Source: Erysipelotrichaceae bacterium (GTDB lineage Bacteria > Bacillota_I > Bacilli_A > Erysipelotrichales > Erysipelotrichaceae). From it: a DNA stretch of 32,000 nt. Position 1 is the stretch's first letter, and each line of letters begins with the position of its first letter. Of this stretch, positions 1-7,040 are shown piece after piece. Location of the stretch: the NCBI GenBank assembly GCA_963676105.1, contig OY781039.1, positions 1,020,001-1,052,000 of the forward strand. Direction: 5' to 3'. The notes beneath the pieces were generated by a model. The model was not told where the DNA came from and made no database searches. It worked only from the letters and a program-made list of their open reading frames with translations. A program made the position numbers and the translations under genes.

Positions 1-374
1 TAACGGCATGTCCTACAGGGATTGCCCACACTTACATGGCAGCAGAAGCCATTGAAAAAGCTGCAAAAGCAAAAGGTTACGACGTAAAAGTTGAAACACG
101 AGGGTCTGTTGGTGTTGAAAACGGACTGACAGATGAAGATATCGCAAATGCTGATGTGATTGTATTAGCTTGTGATATGACAACTCCTACCGAAAGATTT
201 GTTGGTAAAAAACTGATCGCAGTCGGTGTTGCAGAAGCGATTAAACATGCTTCAGAAATCATTGACTTAGGCCAAGATGTTGAAGCATTTGATGGGACCG
301 TTAAACAAACCAAACTTGGCGGTTCAAAAGAAAAAGAAGACAAAAAAGGTTTATTTGGCTTCTTGAAGAAATAA
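1..374 (+). CDS. PTS fructose-family EIIB component (5' end outside window)
   Basis: The reading frame is open from base 3 (TACPTGIAHTYMAAE...). The CPTGIAHT phospho-cysteine loop of fructose-type IIB domains therefore lies upstream of the first Met of the 36..374 ORF. An EIIC gene follows directly. Confidence 0.8.
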   Translation, partial: TACPTGIAHTYMAAEAIEKAAKAKGYDVKVETRGSVGVENGLTDEDIANADVIVLACDMTTPTERFVGKKLIAVGVAEAIKHASEIIDLGQDVEAFDGTVKQTKLGGSKEKEDKKGLFGFLKK

Positions 375-463
375 ATTTGGTTCCAACCAGCGCTTGAACC
401 ACCGTGCAACCAGGATTCAAGCATTGGGGAATATATTCCATCTACATTATAAAGGAGAAAGAG

Positions 464-1480
464 ATGAAATCAAACGCGTTTTATAAGCATTTAATGAGTG
501 GCGTATCATTTATGATTCCATTCGTTGTTGCGGGTGGTATTGCCATCGCATTTAGTTTTGCATTCGGTTATGACGCTTTCCAAACAGAAGGCACATTAGC
601 TGCCCACTTAATGACTATTGGTGGATCTGGTGGATTTGCACTTATGGTCCCAATTCTTTCAGGTTATATTGCATTTAGTATTGCTGATCGTCCAGGTTTA
701 GCACCAGGGATGATTGGTGGTGTGATAGCAGGTAACATCGGTTCAGGATTCCTTGGTGGTATGGTTGCAGGGTTCTTGGCAGGTTATGTTGTCTTAGCTA
801 TTAAAAAATACATTGTATTGCCTAAATCACTACAAGGTATTATGCCAATCCTAGTTATTCCAGTATTATCAAGCATTACAGTTGGTCTACTCATGTTAAT
901 GGTCTTAGGTGCTCCTATGACAGCTATAAACCAAGCTATCACAGATTTCCTTAATGGTTTATCAGGCGGTTCTGCTATCGTCTTAGGTTTACTATTAGGT
1001 ACAATGATGGCTTTCGATATGGGTGGTCCTGTTAATAAAGCTGCTTACGCTTTCGGTACAGCAACTTTAGCTAACTTAGCAGCTGGTGAAGGATCTGCAG
1101 TTATGGCAGCCGTCATGGCTGGTGGTATGGTTCCTCCACTTGGTATCGGTATTGCGACATTAATCTTTAAGAAAAAATTCAACGAGGACGAACAAGAAGC
1201 TGGTAAAGCTGCCTTAGTTCTAGGGGCATCATTCATTACTGAAGGTGCTATCCCATTTGCAGCAGCTGATCCTGCACGCGTTCTACCTTCTATTATGGCT
1301 GGTGGCGCTGTTGCTGGTGCGCTAAGTATGGCATTTAACTGTACTTTAGCTGTTCCTCATGGTGGTGTATTCGTACTCTTCGCTGTAGGTAATGTAGCGA
1401 TGTATATCGTTGCGATCCTTGCTGGTTCTGCAGTAACTGCAGCACTACTTGGTGTACTTAAAAAAGATATCGAAGCATAA
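464..1480 (+). CDS. PTS fructose-family EIIC permease
   Basis: Polytopic Gly/Ala-rich membrane protein with a fructose-subfamily EIIC look (e.g. [11 protein letters not shown]). ATG at 464 sits 7 nt after AAGGAG (451-456). The longer 404 start has no RBS. Confidence 0.85.
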   Translation: MKSNAFYKHLMSGVSFMIPFVVAGGIAIAFSFAFGYDAFQTEGTLAAHLMTIGGSGGFALMVPILSGYIAFSIADRPGLAPGMIGGVIAGNIGSGFLGGMVAGFLAGYVVLAIKKYIVLPKSLQGIMPILVIPVLSSITVGLLMLMVLGAPMTAINQAITDFLNGLSGGSAIVLGLLLGTMMAFDMGGPVNKAAYAFGTATLANLAAGEGSAVMAAVMAGGMVPPLGIGIATLIFKKKFNEDEQEAGKAALVLGASFITEGAIPFAAADPARVLPSIMAGGAVAGALSMAFNCTLAVPHGGVFVLFAVGNVAMYIVAILAGSAVTAALLGVLKKDIEA

Positions 1481-1491
1481 AAGAATAAACA

Positions 1492-1514
1492 AAAGCAGCT
1501 TTCAAAGCTGCTTT
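1492..1514. terminator. Bidirectional rho-independent terminator between convergent genes
   Basis: AAAGCAGCT (1492-1500) / AGCTGCTTT (1506-1514), perfect 9-bp stem with a 5-nt loop. T-rich tracts follow on both strands. Confidence 0.65.
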
Positions 1515-1515
1515 C

Positions 1516-2019
1516 TTATTGCTTATATCCTTCAATCAAATCAACATATTCTTGCGCATTGTGAGTAATATGTTTTTTTTCTTCATCACTTAATTCTCGT
1601 TTAACAGATGCAGGTGACCCCATAATCATCGAACCTGCAGGCATGACTTTACGTGGTGTTACTAAAGACCCTGCACCAACAATCACATCACTTTCAACTT
1701 TTGCGTTATCTAAAACAACGGCTGTTGATCCAATGATGACACGATCTTCAATGGTCGCAGAGTGAACATGTGCTAAATGACCAATGGTGACATACTCACC
1801 AATCACACATGGTACACCTGGCATACAGTGTAAAACCGAACCATCTTGTACATTTGAGTTATTACCAATAATAATAGGTCCCATGTCACCTCTTAGTGAT
1901 GCGCCTGGCCAAATAGAGACATTATCTCCTAATATGACCTCTCCAATCACTGAAGCCGTTTCTGCAATATAACAATTCTTTCCTATTTTAGGTGTAAAGT
2001 TTTTGTATTTTTGTATCAT
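1516..2019 (-). CDS. Hexapeptide-repeat (left-handed beta-helix) protein, gamma-carbonic-anhydrase-like / YrdA-PaaY family
   Basis: Repeated [LIV]G-x4 hexapeptide pattern with His residues (HCMPG, GHLAHVH) typical of the gamma-CA-like family. ATG at 2019 is preceded by GAGGAA. The 2046 start is an unsupported extension. Confidence 0.8.
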   Translation of the reverse strand: MIQKYKNFTPKIGKNCYIAETASVIGEVILGDNVSIWPGASLRGDMGPIIIGNNSNVQDGSVLHCMPGVPCVIGEYVTIGHLAHVHSATIEDRVIIGSTAVVLDNAKVESDVIVGAGSLVTPRKVMPAGSMIMGSPASVKRELSDEEKKHITHNAQEYVDLIEGYKQ

Positions 2020-2106
2020 AGTTTCCTCTTTTTCACAGTATATCATATGTTATTACATTTAAATCTTGTGTATAATGAAAGTACAATTATAAGGACAATT
2101 TGTTAT

Positions 2107-2838
2107 ATGGATCTACATTTCGAAATTAATAAACTATCAAGCGTACCTTTATATGCGCAACTAAAAGAGTCCATTAAGTGGTCAATTTTAGAAGGCATCT
2201 ATGATGAAGGTCAACAACTCCCCACTGAAGAGCTCTTATGCAATCTCTATAGTGTTTCTCGTCCAGTGGTAAGACGTGCTTATCAAGCATTAATCGATGA
2301 AGGAATCGTTGAAAGGCATCAAGGACGTGGTACCTTTGTTAAGCGTAATCTAGTACTCTCAAATTTGCTCTTTAGAGATGATTATGAGGAGTACTTAAAA
2401 GAACTTAACTTAACCTCTAGTTCAAGACTCATCATGATTGATGTAGTTAGTCGATTCGATATTCCTGATTTAATTGATGAAGACTATGATGAATTTTATA
2501 ATTTAAAACGTGTTCGTTATGCCAACAAAATTCCGATTATGTATGAAAATTTCTTTTTCCCAAAAGATCGCTTCCCTGATTTAGAAAATGAACTCACTGA
2601 AGATATGGCTTTTGATAAATACATTGAAGAAAAATTTGAAGGTCAAGAAATAAAAGTTATGATGCAGATCAATGCGATTGCAGCTGATGACTTTAACCAA
2701 GTCCTATTCGAACTTGAAAAAGGAGATGCGATGTTTAAACTAGATATTTATAAACGCCATGATGACAACAAACTCTGTTGTCATAAGATCTCCTATTTCC
2801 CAGGTAACCGTCACAGATTAGATATGAGGGCTGACTAA
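2107..2838 (+). CDS. GntR-family transcriptional regulator, HutC subfamily (winged HTH + UTRA-like C-terminal domain)
   Basis: N-terminal PLYAQLKESIK...LPTEELLCNLYSVSRPVVRRAYQALIDEGIVERHQGRGTFV is the GntR wHTH signature. A ~170-aa effector domain follows. Start chosen at the Met immediately before the wHTH. Confidence 0.8.
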   Translation: MDLHFEINKLSSVPLYAQLKESIKWSILEGIYDEGQQLPTEELLCNLYSVSRPVVRRAYQALIDEGIVERHQGRGTFVKRNLVLSNLLFRDDYEEYLKELNLTSSSRLIMIDVVSRFDIPDLIDEDYDEFYNLKRVRYANKIPIMYENFFFPKDRFPDLENELTEDMAFDKYIEEKFEGQEIKVMMQINAIAADDFNQVLFELEKGDAMFKLDIYKRHDDNKLCCHKISYFPGNRHRLDMRAD

Positions 2839-2839
2839 A

Positions 2840-3598
2840 ATGGCTTGGCAATCAATCAAACTTGACCGTGACTCTTCGATCTCACTTAACACTCAACTTT
2901 ATCGAGCTATTAAAAACTCTGTCCAATCAGGACAACTTCAACCTGGTGATCAATGCCCTACTGAGCAAGAGTTAATGGATACATTAAACATCTCAAGATC
3001 TGTTGTGCAACACGCGTATACACTTTTGATGGAACAAAACATCCTTAAACGCCATCGTGGAAAAGGAACCTTTGTCGTAGAGAAAACCATCGATTTAGAT
3101 TTTTTACAAAAGATCCAACCAATGGCTGATTTAATCAAACGTTCAGGTGCAAAAGCGAATGTAGAACTAGTTTCTAAAAAAGTTTTACCGTTTAACTTTA
3201 ATGATATGGGTAACTTAGAACTTGATGTTAAAGATGATGTTTTAGAAGTTACTCGTCTATATAAAGCTGATGATGATCCTTTAGCGGTCTTTCATTTCTA
3301 TTATCCGCTCAAACGTTTTAAAGGAATTGATAAATTTGATTTCGATGCACCAACTTTGACAGATACAATTCATGAAACATATCCTGGTAAATTCAATACC
3401 AATTATCGTAGTATTTTTGCGGTTAATTTACCTGATGATATTTGTAAAATCTTTAAACTTCCTAAACATTCTGTTGGATTTAAGATTTTAAATATTGCCT
3501 ATGATACTGAAGGTTTACCAAGCTCTACTACTATTTATTATATGAAGGGTTCAGGCACCAACATCAATATTGATTTCTATAAAAACATCAAAACCTAA
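2840..3598 (+). CDS. Second GntR/HutC-family transcriptional regulator (paralogue of the upstream gene)
   Basis: LNTQLYRAIKNSV...CPTEQELMDTLNISRSVVQHAYTLLMEQNILKRHRGKGTFV. The ATG lies 1 nt after the stop of the previous gene. Confidence 0.8.
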   Translation: MAWQSIKLDRDSSISLNTQLYRAIKNSVQSGQLQPGDQCPTEQELMDTLNISRSVVQHAYTLLMEQNILKRHRGKGTFVVEKTIDLDFLQKIQPMADLIKRSGAKANVELVSKKVLPFNFNDMGNLELDVKDDVLEVTRLYKADDDPLAVFHFYYPLKRFKGIDKFDFDAPTLTDTIHETYPGKFNTNYRSIFAVNLPDDICKIFKLPKHSVGFKILNIAYDTEGLPSSTTIYYMKGSGTNINIDFYKNIKT

Positions 3599-3680
3599 GT
3601 TTTACAAAATAATCAAATAAAGTCACATTATTGTCACATTTATCTTATAAAATCAGTCGTGTTAAACAGGAGAAAAATAC

Positions 3681-4505
3681 ATGACTGATTTTTTAAATAT
3701 TGGAATGGCATGGATTGCCGTAGGGCTTACATTCATATTGGCCATAGTATATATGACTCGTAAATATATACTTAAAACAAAAAACAAAAACTTATGGATT
3801 AATATAAATAAAAAACTAAGAGTTTATCATAAAGAACTTGGGATATTATTAATTGCGGTCGGCTTTGTCCATGGCTTATTCTCAAGTGATCAAATTTTAA
3901 GTCTAAATGTAGGAACCCTCGCATGGGTTTTATCAATTGTTTTAGGACTCAATTGGTTATTTAGAGTTCAACTCACAAATTTTAAGCCTTGGATTGTCAT
4001 ACATAGATGGTTAACTGTAGCCTTTATCGCAAGTATTGTATGGCATGTGGTAGATGTTGGTAGTATTGTTATTGAAAACATTACCGGCGGTGCAAGTGCA
4101 GAAACAGCGACAATTGAAAATCTAGACATCGATTCAGCTATCTTAGCAGCTGGCTTTGAAGGAAATACCTATCAAGACGGAACTTATACAGGGGTTGCTG
4201 ATGGATACGGTCCTGACTTAACCGTTGAAATTGTCGTTGAAAATAATTTGGTTACAAGCATTCAAATTATTTCTAACAATGAAGAACGCTCACAATATTA
4301 TTTACCTGCTTTCAATACTGTCCCAAACGGAATTATTCAAGCTCAAAGTTTAAATGTTGATACAGTTGCTGGATCAACCTTCTCAAGCACTGGTGTCATT
4401 AACGCTGTTCGAGATGCATTATCTCAAGCTTTAGTCAGTGGTGAATTGAGTGCAGAAGCCGAATTACCAGAACACGGTGAAGGTGGCGGACGCAACAGAC
4501 ATTAA
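3681..4505 (+). CDS. Membrane protein: 4-TM di-histidine (cytochrome-b-like) domain fused to an FMN-binding (FMN_bind) domain
   Basis: The N-terminal TM helices carry two His pairs, each spaced i/i+14 (YHKELGILLIAVGFVHG; IHRWLTVAFIASIVWHV). The C-terminal GTYTGVADGYGPDLTVEIVVENN...VDTVAGSTFSSTGV matches the FMN_bind pattern. AGGAGA RBS at 3669-3674. Confidence 0.7.
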   Translation: MTDFLNIGMAWIAVGLTFILAIVYMTRKYILKTKNKNLWININKKLRVYHKELGILLIAVGFVHGLFSSDQILSLNVGTLAWVLSIVLGLNWLFRVQLTNFKPWIVIHRWLTVAFIASIVWHVVDVGSIVIENITGGASAETATIENLDIDSAILAAGFEGNTYQDGTYTGVADGYGPDLTVEIVVENNLVTSIQIISNNEERSQYYLPAFNTVPNGIIQAQSLNVDTVAGSTFSSTGVINAVRDALSQALVSGELSAEAELPEHGEGGGRNRH

Positions 4506-4510
4506 TACCA

Positions 4511-4547
4511 AAAAAGAACTCAAATTATTTGAATTGAGTTCTTTTTT
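4511..4547. terminator. Bidirectional rho-independent terminator
   Basis: AGAACTCAA (4515-4523) / TTGAGTTCT (4534-4542), flanked by an A5 run on the left and a T6 run on the right. It lies between convergent genes. Confidence 0.7.
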
Positions 4548-4550
4548 CAT

Positions 4551-5354
4551 TTACTTACTAATTTCTCGATAGAGTGTAACTTCACTTTGATCAACACTTG
4601 AAACAATAACAATAGTATCTAAGTCAATAATCTTATAGCGATACTCCCAAGAATATGTTCCACCGATTTCTTCCATTAATATAACCCCATAATCATTAGT
4701 TACATTCCAATCACTTGAATCACTCACATCAGGGATATAGAAAACTTGACTACTCTCACCACTATCTAATCGATTGATATCTGTGTATAAAGTAGAACCA
4801 TAGTATCGAAAACTAAGTTCGCCATCTGTCCAATTATCTAAACCAATGATTTGTGGTAGAAATTGATTTTGAACTAAATACGTATCAGAATCATTAAACG
4901 GATGAATGGTCACAAAAGCCATTAATTCATTGAAGTAACTAAACTGATTATCCACATCAAATGCGAACACTTGATCTGTTGTATTTACTTCAACACTATG
5001 TAAAACGAGTGTTATTCCCTGCCTCATGATCTCAATATCATCACTGTAACTATCTGATTTTTCTAAACTTGAATTAAAAGAATTTTGTGCAGCTTCAAAT
5101 AAGCTTGCTTCATAATTTTGCATGCCTTGTTTAAAGTAACACTCACTCTCTAGAATTTGAATATCAGGAAAGTCAGCTACATCTAAGCCTGATTCACAAT
5201 TATCGACATTTCCATTAATGACCTTTGATTGAAAATCATCATAAAGCGCTTGTAAATCTTCTTGAGATTGATTATTAAAAGCACTAAACAAATAGGTCCC
5301 TAACATGATAATTGCTAAGACTAAGCCAATAATGATATTTCTTTTGTTTTTCAT
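4551..5354 (-). CDS. Hypothetical membrane-anchored / secreted protein
   Basis: 267-aa ORF with an N-terminal signal-anchor (KRNIIIGLVLAIIMLGTYLF) and an acidic Ser/Asp/Asn-rich ectodomain. No family recognised. No Shine-Dalgarno in the present upstream sequence (see findings). Confidence 0.6.
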   Translation of the reverse strand: MKNKRNIIIGLVLAIIMLGTYLFSAFNNQSQEDLQALYDDFQSKVINGNVDNCESGLDVADFPDIQILESECYFKQGMQNYEASLFEAAQNSFNSSLEKSDSYSDDIEIMRQGITLVLHSVEVNTTDQVFAFDVDNQFSYFNELMAFVTIHPFNDSDTYLVQNQFLPQIIGLDNWTDGELSFRYYGSTLYTDINRLDSGESSQVFYIPDVSDSSDWNVTNDYGVILMEEIGGTYSWEYRYKIIDLDTIVIVSSVDQSEVTLYREISK

Positions 5355-5457
5355 AAGTTACGTATTATCAATTTAGGTTAGTAAATCGATAATATCCTTT
5401 CCTAGCCTAATTTATTTTTAAGGATATCGTTAGGCCAATACGATATGCTTAAGTTGC

Positions 5458-5592
5458 ACTGTGGATTTGTACTTCATAAATACAGCTTTGACTGTTTGGG
5501 GGTGATACCTACCACAGTTCTTTTGAAATGTTAATGAGTTGATTAACGCTGTGACGTTTGATAATTAGCGTGTATACATCGATTGAACATTT
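5458..5592 (+). ncRNA. Candidate IS110 bridge RNA (two internal-loop modules: putative target- and donor-binding loops)
   Basis: Module 1 has base stem 5458-5464/5512-5518 and distal hairpin 5482-5495. Its loop strands match the chromosomal flanks of this IS copy. Module 2 has base stem 5526-5535/5582-5592 and distal hairpin 5545-5558, with matches to the IS ends. Details are in the findings. Confidence 0.5.
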
Positions 5593-5633
5593 AGTGGTAA
5601 TAAACAATCAGTGCAGAAAGTTGAGGTGTCAAT

Positions 5634-6809
5634 ATGACATTTTTGGTTGGCATTGATATTGCCAAATATAAACACGACTGTTTCATCATGAACCATGATG
5701 GTGAAGTCATTCGAGAATCTTTCTCCTTCTCTAATGACCGGTCGGGTTTTTCTTTTTTAAACGAGATTCTATGTGACCTCGATTCGTCTCAATCATTACG
5801 GATAGGACTTGAGGCAACGGGTCATTACGGAATGAATCTCAAAATCTATTTGGAAGAGATTGGGTACTCCTATATGGAATTTAATCCTATCCTCATTAGA
5901 CGGTTCTCTACAGCTACTACCCTTAGAAGAACCAAAACCGATAAAGTCGATGCACAGCTCATTGCTTTGTATCTTTCAACCGTTGATTTCAAACCCTATC
6001 CACCGAAATCTTATCACATCAGAAATTTGAAATCATTAAGCCGACATAGAGATGCACTCATCAAGTTAAGATCACTTCAGTTAACTCAGATGACTAATAA
6101 GTTAGATCTCATATTCCCTGAATTTAAGCCATTTTTTAATAACTCTCTTAAATCCAAGACCTGTATGTATCTTCTCAAAAACTACACAACTCCGTCTAAG
6201 ATGGCTCGCATGAATATTGATTCATACAAGAAGATGACATCGATTCTACGGCGCACCTTGTCGTATGCCAGGTTTACTCAACTTAAGGAACTGGCACAAT
6301 CAACTATTGGAAGTGATGATTCAATTTTGAGTTCTCAGCTTGAGTCCATTCTTAAACTTCATGATTTCATTCAGATTCAATTGGACGAAATCGATAAGTT
6401 GATTAAAATTGAGTTTAATCAATCAGGTTCTCATATTCAATCCATCCCTGGGATTGGACTATATTCAGCAGCTTGTATTTATTCTGAGATTGGAGTCATC
6501 AATCGCTTTAATAACCCTGATCAAGTTCTCGCTTTTGCGGGTTTAGAACCTTCTCGTCACCAATCAGGTGACTCAGAGTTTAAGGGTCATATGGTTAAAC
6601 ACGGATCTTCTTATTTAAGACAAGCTTTAATGAATGTCGCTGAATCTTCATTAATTCATAATCCAATACTTTATGATTTCTATAAAAAGAAACGGTTAGA
6701 AGGTAAACCTCATCGAGTAGCTTTGTCTCATGTCGCCAAGAAACTCGTAAGAATCATTTACACTTTAGAGACCAAAAACATTGACTTTGATTTTTCTAAG
6801 ATGAGGTAG
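5634..6809 (+). CDS. IS110-family transposase / recombinase (DEDD RuvC-like N-domain + Transposase_20-type C-domain)
   Basis: N-terminal VGIDIAKYKHD...LEATGHYG; C-terminal IPGIGLYSAACIYSEIG...FAGLEPSRHQSG...KHGSSYLRQAL. These are hallmark IS110/IS1111 motifs. GAGGTG RBS at 5622-5627. Confidence 0.9.
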   Translation: MTFLVGIDIAKYKHDCFIMNHDGEVIRESFSFSNDRSGFSFLNEILCDLDSSQSLRIGLEATGHYGMNLKIYLEEIGYSYMEFNPILIRRFSTATTLRRTKTDKVDAQLIALYLSTVDFKPYPPKSYHIRNLKSLSRHRDALIKLRSLQLTQMTNKLDLIFPEFKPFFNNSLKSKTCMYLLKNYTTPSKMARMNIDSYKKMTSILRRTLSYARFTQLKELAQSTIGSDDSILSSQLESILKLHDFIQIQLDEIDKLIKIEFNQSGSHIQSIPGIGLYSAACIYSEIGVINRFNNPDQVLAFAGLEPSRHQSGDSEFKGHMVKHGSSYLRQALMNVAESSLIHNPILYDFYKKKRLEGKPHRVALSHVAKKLVRIIYTLETKNIDFDFSKMR

Positions 6810-6840
6810 TCATTCTCGAAGAATCATCAATAATTCAATA

Positions 6841-6865
6841 AAATCTATATTCTAGATTTCTTTTT
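6841..6865 (+). terminator. Rho-independent terminator of the recombinase gene
   Basis: AAATCTA (6841-6847) / TAGATTT (6853-6859), followed by CTTTTTG. Confidence 0.55.
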
Positions 6866-6983
6866 GTCATGAATTGATTAATTTTTAATTAAATTTAATT
6901 TTCCACTTGATTTCTAATAGTTAATCACCCACCTTATATCTTTACACTAAGATGTTTAAGCTGTTTTGTCCATGAATGAGGAC

Positions 6984-7016
6984 CAAGTTTCACAAAAAAA
7001 CCTTATTACAATATTT
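6984..7016 (-). terminator. Rho-independent terminator of the asnB-aminotransferase operon
   Basis: CCTTATTAC (6991-6999) / GTAATAAGG (7008-7016), perfect 9-bp stem. On the minus strand it is followed by U7 (A-run 6984-6990). Confidence 0.7.
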
Positions 7017-7040
7017 AGTAATAAGGCTTATTTATTTGAG

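Larger units (their letters stand above)
5356..6923 (+). mobile_element. IS110-family insertion sequence (about 1.57 kb; boundaries approximate)
   Basis: Contains a DEDD/IS110-type recombinase gene with about 270 nt of structured non-coding sequence upstream and about 110 nt downstream. No terminal inverted repeats, which is typical of IS110. AGTTA occurs at both candidate junctions (5356-5360, 6919-6923). The neighbouring gene's terminator resumes at 6984. Confidence 0.7.

Noticed and set aside
77-424. 115-aa minus-strand ORF overlapping the EIIB gene. Similar antisense or out-of-frame ORFs occur at 1045..1236, 1784..1972, 2950..3138, 7507..7689, 8065..8259, 8233..8502, 8419..8655, 8571..8759 and 9063..9299.
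   Set aside because: All lie entirely inside well-supported genes on the opposite strand or in another frame. They have low-complexity or odd composition, no RBS and no recognisable motifs. They are shadow ORFs.
2040-2106. Small palindromes (ACAA-T-TTGT and TTGT...ACAA) and a TATAAT in the divergent hexapeptide/GntR intergenic region, considered as a GntR operator and promoter.
   Set aside because: The arms are only 4 bp. The -35 spacing is poor and the TG is one position off for an extended -10. This is not distinguishable from background in AT-rich DNA.
5356-5360. The AGTTA direct repeat (5356-5360 / 6919-6923) taken on its own as proof of a target-site duplication.
   Set aside because: A 5-mer recurring between two AT-rich regions of about 200 nt is expected by chance. 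It is used only together with the SD reconstruction and the guide-flank matches.
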